Shown: in pieces, positions 1 to 9,094 of the stretch
How the letters are laid out: each line of letters begins with the position of its first letter
Position numbering within the stretch: position 1 is the first letter of the stretch
Origin: Candidatus Methanogaster sp. UBA203
GTDB lineage: Archaea; Halobacteriota; Methanosarcinia; Methanosarcinales; Methanogasteraceae
Direction of reading: 5' to 3'
Assembly (NCBI GenBank): GCA_002503595.1
Contig: DASC01000135.1
Location: 2,596 to 66,595 of the forward strand
Length of the DNA: 64,000 nucleotides
The notes under the pieces: model-generated
Seen by the model: the letters and a program-made list of their open reading frames with translations, nothing else
The model's database searches: none
Told to the model about the DNA's origin: nothing
Translations under genes and position numbers: made by a program

Positions 1-190
1 ACACGCCCGGAGGTGATCAAGATGTCGCCTGTGGTGCGGGCGTGCGAGGGCTCGGGGGCGGAGTGGTTTATGGTTCACACGGGGCAGGGGTGTTCGCGTG
101 ATGTGGGTCGGGTGTTCTCTGGGGGCTTGGGCTGCCGGATGCGAGGTATAATCTGGATGTCGTATAATCTGGATGTCGGGGTGGGGGCAG
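1..190 (+). pseudogene. 5' fragment of a UDP-GlcNAc 2-epimerase (WecB-like) gene, copy 1; runs off the window start and is degenerate
   Basis: The translation TRPEVIKMSPVVRACEGSGAEWFMVHTGQ parallels the N-terminus of the better preserved copy at 762. Nt 1-135 are almost identical to 1743-1875. A 16-nt unit gtataatctggatgtc is duplicated in tandem at 146-177. The rest of the enzyme is absent. Confidence 0.7.
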
Positions 191-326
191 GGGGGCATTG
201 GAGTTGTCAAACGATAGTGCCTCTGGCGGCTGGCTGTTATGTTGATGACGTGATAGATAGATTCAGGACGAGTTGTTGCATAAGATGAAGAGGATGGATA
301 GGTGAAAATAGGAGGCGAGAATAAGA

Positions 327-560
327 ATGGAAGACGCCAAAACGATAACGATAAGCCCCAGGATTTATGCGGAATTGAACGCCTTTATGGGTATTCTCAG
401 TGATCGATTGAAGAGGCGCGTCTCGATCGATGACGCGCTCGAAAATTTACTACCACGTGCACATAGAAACAAGCCAAGCGATTTTGCGGGTGCATGGGTA
501 ATGAGCGACGAGGAGGAGGAAGAGATTAAGAAGAGTCTTAAGGAGTTGTGGCGAAGATAA
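327..560 (+). CDS. VapB-like antitoxin (small archaeal type with an acidic C-terminus)
   Basis: 77 aa. The tail FAGAWVMSDEEEEEIKKSLKELW resembles archaeal VapB-type antitoxins. A PIN-toxin remnant starts 26 nt downstream. Confidence 0.5.
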   Translation: MEDAKTITISPRIYAELNAFMGILSDRLKRRVSIDDALENLLPRAHRNKPSDFAGAWVMSDEEEEEIKKSLKELWRR

Positions 561-586
561 CCGCAAGTTTAGAACGCAACGGGAAC

Positions 587-724
587 ATGATAGATATACG
601 GGATCTGCTTATCGCTTCGATCGCTCTGGTTAATAGCTATGGAGTTTTGACAAATAATGTAAGGCATTTTGATAGGGTAAAGCATTTGAGGGTGATTGCT
701 GGCAGAGCAAATGATTATGACTGA
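587..724 (+). pseudogene. C-terminal remnant of a PIN-domain (VapC) toxin
   Basis: This 45-codon ORF is not in the track. MIDIRDLLIASIALVNSYGVLTNNVRHFDRVKHLRVI matches the last third of PIN toxins (D-x-LIA ... T-N-N-x-x-HF-x-RV). The N-terminal part carrying the first acidic residues is missing. Confidence 0.55.
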
Positions 725-761
725 GCAATTCGTTGAGACGTAGATTTAGGGGAGGTTATGG

Positions 762-1028
762 ATGAAGACCTGCGTAATTATTGGCACACGCCCGGAGGTG
801 ATCAAGATGTCACCGGTGGTGAGGGCGTGCGAGCGGCGGGGGCTGGACTGGTTTGTGGTTCATACCGGGCAGCATTACCCGTACAACATGGACCGGGTGT
901 TTTTTGAGCAACTTGGGCTGCCGGATGCGAAGTATAATCTCGATGTTGGGTCCGGGTCAGGGGGTATGGAGCAGACAGGGAAGATGCTTGAAGGGAAAGA
1001 TATTTTAGGTCCGAAAAACACATATTAA
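762..1028 (+). pseudogene. 5' fragment of a WecB-like epimerase gene, copy 2 (best preserved, about 75 codons, then divergence and a stop)
   Basis: MKTCVIIGTRPEVIKMSPVVRACERRGLDWFVVHTGQHYPYNMDRVFFEQLGLPDAKYNLDVGSGSGG is a typical WecB N-terminus. Full enzymes are about 350-380 aa, whereas this ORF stops after 88 codons. Confidence 0.75.
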
Positions 1029-1049
1029 ATTGGAAAAGAAGGGATCAAG

Positions 1050-1307
1050 ATGGAATCCGAAACGAGAAGAGTTATATATCCTGTTATGGCGATCACGCAA
1101 GAACGTCTATCAGATAGAGGTGTGAAAGTATCGCAAAAGGAGTTGATGTATGTGATCACTGAATTCATCGCCAAAAATGAGGAGGAATTACTAAGGATGG
1201 TGCAGGAGAAGAGAAGGAGCTATGATGCGAATTTGAGAAAGTGGTTGAACACCCCTGTTGAGGTCGAGAGAACCGATGCACTAAAGGAGCATGATTTGGT
1301 GGTGTGA
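1050..1307 (+). CDS. Antitoxin partner of the downstream PIN toxin (VapB-like)
   Basis: 85 aa. Its stop overlaps the GTG start of the PIN ORF (GTGA at 1304-1307), which is the classic TA operon layout. Confidence 0.55.
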   Translation: MESETRRVIYPVMAITQERLSDRGVKVSQKELMYVITEFIAKNEEELLRMVQEKRRSYDANLRKWLNTPVEVERTDALKEHDLVV

Positions 1308-1708
1308 TCTTGTTTATCGATAGTGTTGTGTGGATCGGTGCTAAATTAAAACGGGACCAGTGGCATAGAAAGTCAGTTCCGATCATAAGAAAATTCCTCG
1401 ATAAGGAGATTGAAAAGGCATATATTACAGATTATATCGTCTTAGAAACGGTGAATTTTATTTTGAGAAAAGGCAGTTTCGATGCGGCACTGGAGACATT
1501 GAATCTCTTTGAGTACCATGAAAGGATTGAAATCGTAAATATCGATGAAATGTCCTTTGCTCGCGCTTCTGCGATCTTTAAGAGATATCCCGGGTTGTCA
1601 ATCACCGATGCATCAACGGTGGCGGTAATGGAGGATCTGGGAATAGCGCAGATTTACACGTTTGATGAGGGTTTTGATAGGATAGAATGGATTGGGAGGC
1701 TGGAGTGA
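1304..1708 (+). CDS. vapC: PIN-domain ribonuclease toxin (VapC family)
   Basis: 134 aa. N-terminal ILFIDSVV supplies the first conserved Asp. IVLETV and SITDASTVAVMEDLGIAQIYTFDEGFDRI supply the later acidic residues. Confidence 0.75.
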   Translation: MILFIDSVVWIGAKLKRDQWHRKSVPIIRKFLDKEIEKAYITDYIVLETVNFILRKGSFDAALETLNLFEYHERIEIVNIDEMSFARASAIFKRYPGLSITDASTVAVMEDLGIAQIYTFDEGFDRIEWIGRLE

Positions 1709-1712
1709 ATCG

Positions 1713-1904
1713 ATGACGGGTAAGATCTGTATCATTATTGGCACACGCCCGGAGGTGATCAAGATGTCGCCTGTGGTGCGGGCGTGCGAGGGCTCGGGGG
1801 CGGAGTGGTTTATGGTTCATACCGGGCAGAGGTGTTCGCGTGATGTGGGCCGGGTGTTCTCTGGGGGGCTTGGACGACAGGGTTATGAGGACGTTAAGAT
1901 ATGA
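1713..1904 (+). pseudogene. 5' fragment of a WecB-like epimerase gene, copy 3
   Basis: MTGKICIIIGTRPEVIKMSPVVRACEGSGAEWFMVHTGQRCSRDVGRVFSGGLG. It is nearly identical in nucleotides to copy 1. Homology ends near 1875, and its stop overlaps the ATG (1901) of the next gene. Confidence 0.7.
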
Positions 1905-2809
1905 AGACGAGTGAACTATTGATAGCAGGTGGAGCCGGTTTTGTCGGCAGGAATCTTGTAAGGGTGCTTCAATCCAGTGATTACGAGATGGGAATGATAA
2001 CGGTTGTGGATAAAGACAGAAAGAATCTAGAGTACGTGAAGAAGTTTGGTGTGAAAGCGGTTCAGGCAGATATGGATGAAAAAGGAGATTGGTTTGACGA
2101 ATTCAACGGAAAAGAGATGGTCATCAACCTTGCAGCACAGATCTCTTCTCCTTCTTATGATGATTTCCACAGAAATAACGTCGTTTCTACGGAAAATATT
2201 ATCGAAGCCACCAGAGCAGCGGACATTGGTAGGATTATCCATTTCAGTTCTGCTGCGGTTCTCTCCATTCGAAAGGACGACTATGCCAAAAGTAAACTGG
2301 AAGGGGAAGAGATGGTTAAAAAGAGCGGGGTCGAATATTGCATATTACAGCCGTCTCTTATGTATGGTCCAACCGATGACAAAAACATAGGATACTTAAT
2401 CAATTTTGCCAAGAAACTCCCATGTTTCCCGATCCCGGGTCATGGGAAATGGCCCAGACAGCCGATCTACATCGACGACATCTGTTATCTCGTTATTTCG
2501 ATTATGGATAACTTCCCACACAATAAAGTTTACAGCGTCAATGGAAGGGAGGTTATCTACTTCAGGGATATGATAAAGATCGTTCTCAAGCAACTTGGAG
2601 GATTCAAGTTTAGAGTCTTCCTCCCCATCAGCTTGTTCAAGTTTCTCATGATGAGCTATCAACTACTGGCTGGAAGAACCCAGTTCACATCCGATCAGGT
2701 TGATTCCCTCACTGCTGAAGAGGTGTTTCCGAACTATGCATGGTGGGATGAGTTCGGTATTGATATCACATCCTTTGATGAAGGGGTTAGGAGGATGCTT
2801 GAACTATGA
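1901..2809 (+). CDS. NAD-dependent epimerase/dehydratase (extended SDR)
   Basis: 302 aa. It has the Rossmann motif GGAGFVGRNL and the catalytic YAKSK (YxxxK) motif. Confidence 0.8.
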   Translation: MKTSELLIAGGAGFVGRNLVRVLQSSDYEMGMITVVDKDRKNLEYVKKFGVKAVQADMDEKGDWFDEFNGKEMVINLAAQISSPSYDDFHRNNVVSTENIIEATRAADIGRIIHFSSAAVLSIRKDDYAKSKLEGEEMVKKSGVEYCILQPSLMYGPTDDKNIGYLINFAKKLPCFPIPGHGKWPRQPIYIDDICYLVISIMDNFPHNKVYSVNGREVIYFRDMIKIVLKQLGGFKFRVFLPISLFKFLMMSYQLLAGRTQFTSDQVDSLTAEEVFPNYAWWDEFGIDITSFDEGVRRMLEL

Positions 2810-3003
2810 TGGGGGAAAAGATACTTGCAGATTATGACAGGGAAGCGGACGTTCTTTGTATAAATTTTACCTATCCGCCCGAAGCAGTAGAACATAATGA
2901 AGATGAGAGGGGGCTCATCAGGAATTGTAATGAGCGTGAAGGTGTCGTGGGGATAACAGTGATTTCAGCGAGTGGATTTGCGGAGAGTAGTGACAGAGGT
3001 TAA
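2806..3003 (+). CDS. DUF2283-like small protein (antitoxin-like, orphan)
   Basis: 65 aa. ADYDREADVLCINF ... GVVGITVISAS fits the DUF2283 pattern. The start overlaps the upstream stop (ATGA). No DUF4258-type partner is present. Confidence 0.45.
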   Translation: MMGEKILADYDREADVLCINFTYPPEAVEHNEDERGLIRNCNEREGVVGITVISASGFAESSDRG

Positions 3004-3004
3004 A

Positions 3005-4393
3005 ATGATGAGTGATAATATCTCGGAGGTCATCCCGGTAAAAAACGAGGAAGCGAAGATTATGCAGTGCCTTGAAGCGGTCTTCTCTCAATCCCTCAAG
3101 CCGCATGAGGTGCTCGTGGTCGATGGACATTCGACTGATCGGACGGTGGAGCGGGCGAGGGAGTTTCCGGCCAGGGTGGTTTATGAGGATTATGGAACAG
3201 TTGGTGGAGCGCGGCAGGTCGGGGTTTTGAGTGCAGAGAGTGGGATTGTGGCTTTTACGGATGCTGATTGCGTTCCTGAGAAAAATTGGTTAGAAGATGT
3301 CGTAAAGGAATTTGATGAGGGTATTGTCGGTGTGGGGTGTGGGATAAAAAATGATGATGACCTGGTAGCTATATCAGTAGTAGTTCCGGTATACAATGGT
3401 GAGAAAACGATAAAGAAGACAATAGAAGCGTTGCTATCGCAAAAAACAGAAAAAAAATACGAAATTATCATTGTCGACGACGGTTCTACAGATAATACCC
3501 CCAACATTATTAAAAAATATCCCATAAAAACAATCACTCAAAAAAATGCAGGGCCCGCAGCAGCGAGAAATATCGGTTGGAAAGCCTCGTCGGGAAAGAT
3601 AGTAGCATTTACAGACAGCGACTGTGTCCCCATTCCGGATTGGATCGAAGCAATAAGTAAACACTTCAATGACCCCGCTATAGGAGGAGTTGGCGGCACA
3701 TATAAGATGGAAAATATAGGAAACATTCTTGCAACCTATATCGGAGAAGATATAAAATTTAGGCATGACCGACTTGGAAAGGAAATAGAAGCAGTAGGAA
3801 CGTTCTCTGTCGCATTTCGGAAGAATTTACTCGAACGGGTTGGTGGATTTGATGAAACATATAAAAAGGCTACCGCGGAGGACTTTGATTTATGTTTTGC
3901 AATACGTAAAACAGGGCATAAAATAATATACGAGCCAAATGCGATTGTGGGTCATTATCACAAGGAAAGCTTTTTAAAATATATAAAGAGTCAGTTCTGG
4001 TTTTCAGTTTGGAGAATATATTTATATGATAAATATAAATGTATGGCAAAAGGTGATCGGTACACGCCAATAACAACATTAATCCAAGTACCGGTAACAT
4101 TGTTATTTTTATTGAGTTTAGTATTGGGTGTTTTTATCGAAAAATTATTTATAATATCGATATTTCTTGTAGGTGTTCTTCTTATGTTAACTATTCCATT
4201 TATAAGCTATGAGATACGAAAGAATCCATTGATTGCGGTAATAGGGGTATTTATGCAGTTTATTAGAAACATCATCTGGGCAGTTGGTTTTGTCGGTGGG
4301 TTGGTTAATTTGTTTTATTTAAAGTTTGAAAAATGCAAAAAAAGAAGACGTGGTAAAGAACATGTTATTAAGCTGGTGGATAGTACAACATGA
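3005..4393 (+). CDS. Family-2 glycosyltransferase: a truncated GT-A N-terminal half fused in frame to a complete GT2 with C-terminal TM helices
   Basis: There are two successive GT2 motif sets: VIPVKNEE..VVDGHSTDRT..FTDADC, then VVVPVYNGE..IVDDGSTDNT..FTDSDC..EDFDLC. The hydrophobic tail has 3-4 helices. The ATG at 3005 is preferred because it follows the upstream stop at 3001-3003. Confidence 0.8.
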   Translation: MMSDNISEVIPVKNEEAKIMQCLEAVFSQSLKPHEVLVVDGHSTDRTVERAREFPARVVYEDYGTVGGARQVGVLSAESGIVAFTDADCVPEKNWLEDVVKEFDEGIVGVGCGIKNDDDLVAISVVVPVYNGEKTIKKTIEALLSQKTEKKYEIIIVDDGSTDNTPNIIKKYPIKTITQKNAGPAAARNIGWKASSGKIVAFTDSDCVPIPDWIEAISKHFNDPAIGGVGGTYKMENIGNILATYIGEDIKFRHDRLGKEIEAVGTFSVAFRKNLLERVGGFDETYKKATAEDFDLCFAIRKTGHKIIYEPNAIVGHYHKESFLKYIKSQFWFSVWRIYLYDKYKCMAKGDRYTPITTLIQVPVTLLFLLSLVLGVFIEKLFIISIFLVGVLLMLTIPFISYEIRKNPLIAVIGVFMQFIRNIIWAVGFVGGLVNLFYLKFEKCKKRRRGKEHVIKLVDSTT

Positions 4394-4462
4394 GACTATG
4401 AAAATTATGATGGGTATAAATTGGAGGTTTTTGGTGATGGTAAATTTTGGGAGTGGAGTGCA

Positions 4463-5587
4463 ATGAACATTTGCATGCTATCCTCTGAATTCCCCCCCGA
4501 TCTCGGCGGTATAAGTACGTACGTCCATAATTTATCAAAAAAATTGATAGAACGGGGGCATACTGTCACAGTTATCACGCGGGGGACATACAGAAAAACA
4601 TATCAGGAAAAGATAGATGGTATCTCTGTACATCGTGTGCGGTTCATACCATCATATCCTTCTCCATTCAAGTTACATGGATTGTTCGTGAATAAATCAT
4701 TTAAGTTATTGGAACCAGATTTTGACGTAGTACACGTACATGGAACACTCGTGCCGGTCATCCATACATCATTGCCAGTCATATTTACCTCACATGGTAC
4801 TTCCAATAAGGATATTGACAATATGCCGATGAAAAGTTTTCACTTTTATGTTGTTAGTCTTATGCGCAGGCAATTATTTAATGCAGAAAAAACGATTGTA
4901 GGAAGTGCAGATGTAATTACTTCGGTGTCACATTCGTGTGCAAAAGAACTGAAAAAAGACCATGTAGTAAATAAAAAAATTACAGTTGTGAATAATGGTG
5001 TAGATAGTAACTTTTTCATTCCCATTGAAAATAATAAAAAAGAAAATTATATATTATATACTGGGAGATTGGAGACAAGAAAAGGATTGATTGATTTCAT
5101 TGAAAGTGCGAAATACGTATGTCGAAAATATGTTGATATTAAGTTTATCTTAACTGGTAAAGGCACGATTAAAAATTATCTGGAGCGAAGAATTGATAGT
5201 TTCGGTTTGAAAAAAAACTTCTGCTTTACCGGGTTTGTGGATAGGTCAATGCTTCTTGAATACTATCAAAATGCAGCTATTTATGTTCTCCCATCATATT
5301 ATGAAGGACTGCCCACAACTTTGCTCGAAGCGATGTCATGCGGAATACCCTCAATCGCGACAAATGTAGAGGGGAGTTCTGAAGTGATAATCGATGGTGA
5401 AACAGGTTTGTTAGTTCCTCCGAAAGATCCTGAGAAATTAGCAGAAGCAATAATAATGTTATTAGAGAATAAGGTGTTACGAAACAGATTGAAGATGAAC
5501 GCAAGAAAATATATTGTAGCTACTCATGATTGGGAGATTATAACAGACAGAATAGAAAAAGTGTATGAAAAATGTGTAACTAAATAG
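4463..5587 (+). CDS. GT-B glycosyltransferase (GT4/GT1 family)
   Basis: N-terminal SSEFPPDLGGISTYVHNL. The C-terminal EX7E motif is EGLPTTLLEAMSCGIPSIATNVEGSSEVI. The ATG at 4463 is preferred over the track's upstream alternative start at 4421. Confidence 0.8.
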   Translation: MNICMLSSEFPPDLGGISTYVHNLSKKLIERGHTVTVITRGTYRKTYQEKIDGISVHRVRFIPSYPSPFKLHGLFVNKSFKLLEPDFDVVHVHGTLVPVIHTSLPVIFTSHGTSNKDIDNMPMKSFHFYVVSLMRRQLFNAEKTIVGSADVITSVSHSCAKELKKDHVVNKKITVVNNGVDSNFFIPIENNKKENYILYTGRLETRKGLIDFIESAKYVCRKYVDIKFILTGKGTIKNYLERRIDSFGLKKNFCFTGFVDRSMLLEYYQNAAIYVLPSYYEGLPTTLLEAMSCGIPSIATNVEGSSEVIIDGETGLLVPPKDPEKLAEAIIMLLENKVLRNRLKMNARKYIVATHDWEIITDRIEKVYEKCVTK

Positions 5588-5648
5588 TAGTAAAAATATA
5601 ACATGAGCCGGATAATTTTGTCGCAAAATCTAAAAGAAGATCGTATCG

Positions 5649-7562
5649 ATGAGCATGTCCGGGTGGCGTAAAGTAGGTGATAAGATGGAATTCGCGAAGT
5701 TTGGTGGCGAGAACAGAATCATTAAAATCGTATCCACCATCGCTTTTATTTTTATCGCAATATCTTTAGATATAATTGCGAAAACTTCTCCAACTGTTGG
5801 CTACGAAGTATCAATTTATAACGCCTACCCCTCCTACTTTTGGTTTTTAGTTATAGCTAGTATTGCTTGTGGCATTGGGATACTGTTGTACCAGGCTTTT
5901 GCTCAAGAAAAATCCCGATGGTGGGTTCTTGGACTTGTGATAATTATCTTAGTCAACACCATTTTTCTGCTCATGCCTGAGTTTAGAGGGTATTCCTTCT
6001 ATGCGCGAGGGGAGGACACACTCACACACGCCGGATACATCAGAGATATTCTAAATACTGGGCATGTAGGTGAAAGCAATTACTATCCAATCGAGCACAT
6101 ATTGGGTACAAACTTAATCCAAGTATCTGGAATATCGCTAGAAGATGTTTCTGCTCTATTTTTCGTCCTTTTTTCTGGAATGTATATTATTACTATATAT
6201 CCTTTGGCCAAAAGCACTAGTAAGCACTCGGGTCAAGTTCTATTAATAGTTGCTTTCGCCTCACCTTTAATATACAGTTTTTTTCATGTAAACATTTCTC
6301 CCAATATTTTTTCTTTGTTTATGCTACCATGTTTGTTGTATTTTTATCATAAAAGAGAGTTAATCCCATCAAATCGCATGGAAAATACTATTGCGGTGCT
6401 TATATTGGCGTTTTGCATTGTTTTTTTCCATGCCGTTACCACACTCTTCACCATAATTGTTTTTTTTGTATTTGGGCTTGCTTATGCTCTGTACTCCAAT
6501 TTTATTGTCCGCAGACTATCTGAGCATAGGCAATATGGAATTGTCGGTAAGAATTTTCTTAGAATAACTTTTATCCTGTTTATAGCTTTTTTCATGTGGT
6601 ATTTCTCGTACTCATCTATCTGCAATAGTTTCAGAAGAGTTGCCGACTGGTTAATCTATCAGATTGGCACTCCTTTGTTCGATGCACAACTTGAAACATT
6701 GAGAGAAACTGGACCTACATGGTCTCAAACTTTTGAACTTTTTGTGAATAGGTATGGCGCTATTTTTTTATTGTTGCTACTTTCGAGTATATGTTGTATA
6801 TATGTGATTAGGAAAAGTTTGTCAAAAGCACATAATATAGGACCCATGATGTTTACATACGCAATTCAATTCACGATTGCTCTTTTCATTAGTGTTATAA
6901 TGCTATTTGGTTATTTTTTCGAATATAATCCCGTCAGAGTTTTTAGGCTTCCTTTACTAATGGGTACAATTCTTAGTGGGTTGGTGGTTTATGATTTCGT
7001 TAGCGGATATACTAGGAAGAAGTCTAATAAGAGAAACAAGTTGCGCCAAAGGTTATTCATAATAGTAATTTGGATGACCATAATGGTCATGGTTACGCTA
7101 AGTTTTGGGAGTGTTTATAATTCACCGAGAGTGTATCTGCCAAATTCTCAGACCACCTCAATGGACCTAGTTGGCACAGAATGGCTGGATAAATCGAAAA
7201 GTCCTGATATTCGCATAATTGTTAGTCGATGGTCAGCACATTCTCTGCACCGATTCGAAGATTATAATTTTGGAATAGATTCCTCCCCTACCGTCAAAGT
7301 AGGAATAATCCACGAATATCTTCCTTCGCACTTTGGTTATGGTGGGAATAGCTCAGTTGTAGAATCTTTAGGTTTTCGAGATATGTATGTAGTCATCTTC
7401 CAAGTAGATAAAGTAATAACGATGTTTGTCCCAGAGAATGTTGGATCAAATATAGATCAGTGGACGGAAGAAGATTTTGCCAAGCTAAAAGTCGATCCTA
7501 CTGCAGTACATGTCTATGCTAATGGTGAATTTGATGTGTGGGGGGTATATGGCGAATTTTGA
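5649..7562 (+). CDS. Large polytopic membrane protein with a soluble C-terminal domain (glycan polymerase or GT-C-like role inferred from context only)
   Basis: 637 aa. More than 10 hydrophobic segments are followed by a hydrophilic tail of about 170 aa. No AglB WWDYG motif was seen. It lies within the glycosyltransferase cluster. Confidence 0.6.
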   Translation: MSMSGWRKVGDKMEFAKFGGENRIIKIVSTIAFIFIAISLDIIAKTSPTVGYEVSIYNAYPSYFWFLVIASIACGIGILLYQAFAQEKSRWWVLGLVIIILVNTIFLLMPEFRGYSFYARGEDTLTHAGYIRDILNTGHVGESNYYPIEHILGTNLIQVSGISLEDVSALFFVLFSGMYIITIYPLAKSTSKHSGQVLLIVAFASPLIYSFFHVNISPNIFSLFMLPCLLYFYHKRELIPSNRMENTIAVLILAFCIVFFHAVTTLFTIIVFFVFGLAYALYSNFIVRRLSEHRQYGIVGKNFLRITFILFIAFFMWYFSYSSICNSFRRVADWLIYQIGTPLFDAQLETLRETGPTWSQTFELFVNRYGAIFLLLLLSSICCIYVIRKSLSKAHNIGPMMFTYAIQFTIALFISVIMLFGYFFEYNPVRVFRLPLLMGTILSGLVVYDFVSGYTRKKSNKRNKLRQRLFIIVIWMTIMVMVTLSFGSVYNSPRVYLPNSQTTSMDLVGTEWLDKSKSPDIRIIVSRWSAHSLHRFEDYNFGIDSSPTVKVGIIHEYLPSHFGYGGNSSVVESLGFRDMYVVIFQVDKVITMFVPENVGSNIDQWTEEDFAKLKVDPTAVHVYANGEFDVWGVYGEF

Positions 7563-7573
7563 TTAACCTATTC

Positions 7574-9019
7574 GTACGTGTTTAGCCGCTCAGCCTCGCC
7601 CTCATCATCTGGAGACTGTTGAATCCCTGCTGTGCCCACGTTGCCAGCACTGTCATGATCCGCTCGTGAATTGACGTCCCTTTTCTATTACGCAGTGTTC
7701 CCACGATCTTCCGCTGGACGACATGCTCAGCGATTTGAGCCCTTTCTGCTCTGTTATTGGTCGACTCCACGCCTGGATGAGTGACAAACGTGAACCAGTA
7801 ATCAAAGCCATTTTCAATCTTGCCGATGAGCTTTTCCACCTTCTCGCTTCCGTATTCTCTCTTGAGCCATCGTTTGAGCGTTGCTTCCGCATTATGTGAC
7901 AGCTTCTCCCGAGTTTCGGGAGGAGGATCATTCTCCAGCGCGTCAATCAGTTTTTCATGGAGTCTCCCCGAGTGCTCTGTGTAAAGGAACCGCCTCCGCA
8001 ATCTTCTCGGTGAGATCCTTTGATTCTCGAAGTAGATGTGCCCAGCAACGCTGGATACGGTTTGTAAATTTGGCGTACGGTTTCCAGCCGTCACACACGA
8101 TCATTCCCTTGAATCTCCTTGTCAGAACCTCTACCAGGACTTTTGTGCCCCGACTCTTCCGAATCACGACAAAAGTCTCTGCGGGGGTGGTGAATGCCCA
8201 TATCCAGTGTTTCTTTCCCTGAACTCCGATTGAAGTTTCGTCCACATGCAGAATCGGAGCGTTACGAACTCGTTCCAGAATTGCGTCATATTCCGATTGA
8301 ACCGCATCAGCAGCACGGCGAGTGAGATCGAGTATCGTAGCAGGACTGATGTCCAATCCATAGTGCCGTATCAGCGCGTTCCGGATCTTCCGGTGTGGCA
8401 GCCTATCTTCATATTTCAGCAGTGCCGCCTGAGCAATCGTGTTGTTACCGAATATACCTTCTTTTGGACAACTCGAATCGGTTGCAACGACTTCTTTCTG
8501 GCAGTGTGGGCAGGTGTAATGTGCAATATTGTATTCGGTGACGATAACAGGCTGTGGTTCCGGAATCTCCTCGATAACCTTCGTTTCCACGCTGAACGGC
8601 TCACCAAGCTCAGTTCCAAAGTACAGGACACCGATCTTTCGTGACCTCCACCTGTCTATCAGGCTTTGCAGGAGGTCTCGTCACACCCTTATGTCCTTTC
8701 TTCTGCCCCGGCTTCTTCCACCGCCTTTATCTGGATCTTTTTTGCGCTTGCCGCCACGCTTCAGACTTGGTGGGGTATGTGCGTTCTCATACATAGCCAG
8801 TTGGCAACGAGCTCCTTTATGCATACCTTAAGCGACTCATTCTCATGCTTAAGTTGGTCAATCACGTCTCGAAGTTGTTTGATGATCTCGTCCTTGTCCA
8901 TCGTCCTCTTAGAAGACTATTACAGTAACAATATAGAAGTTTTGTGGTCGAGGATGGGTTTTAGATCGATCTGGAAGAACAGTGTGATGGGTGGTTATGT
9001 GGGGGAGCTAAACACATAC
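7574..9019 (-). mobile_element. IS66-family insertion sequence (single-ORF, ISBst12-like size), decayed
   Basis: Imperfect terminal inverted repeats are gtacgtgtttagc (7574-7586) and gctaaacacatac (9007-9019). It encloses a broken IS66-type transposase. It is a GC-rich element inside AT-rich flanks. No clear target duplication was found. Confidence 0.65.
7582..8901 (-). pseudogene. IS66-family transposase, disrupted by at least three frame changes
   Basis: The pieces are MDKDEIIKQLRD.. (from 8901), YENAHTPPSLKRGGKRKK..GHKGVTRPPAKPD (another frame), ORF 7955-8590 (CPHCQKE..HVDETS..DGWKPY..QRCWAHLLR) and ORF 7582-8094 (ESTNNRAERA..). Confidence 0.75.
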
Positions 9020-9094
9020 CAGTAAGTTAAATACGACGGAATCCTATTAATTAAAAAGAAATTAGATGGACTTGTAGACGAGTTTGGTGATAAA

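Noticed and set aside
13-288. The 91-aa track ORF as a genuine gene
   Set aside because: It is the degenerate wecB 5' stub (copy 1) read through an internal 16-nt duplication into non-homologous sequence.
7582-8901. Programmed frameshifting in the IS66-family transposase
   Set aside because: At least three separate frame changes are needed to reconstitute the protein and no slippery motif was seen at the junctions. This is consistent with decay.
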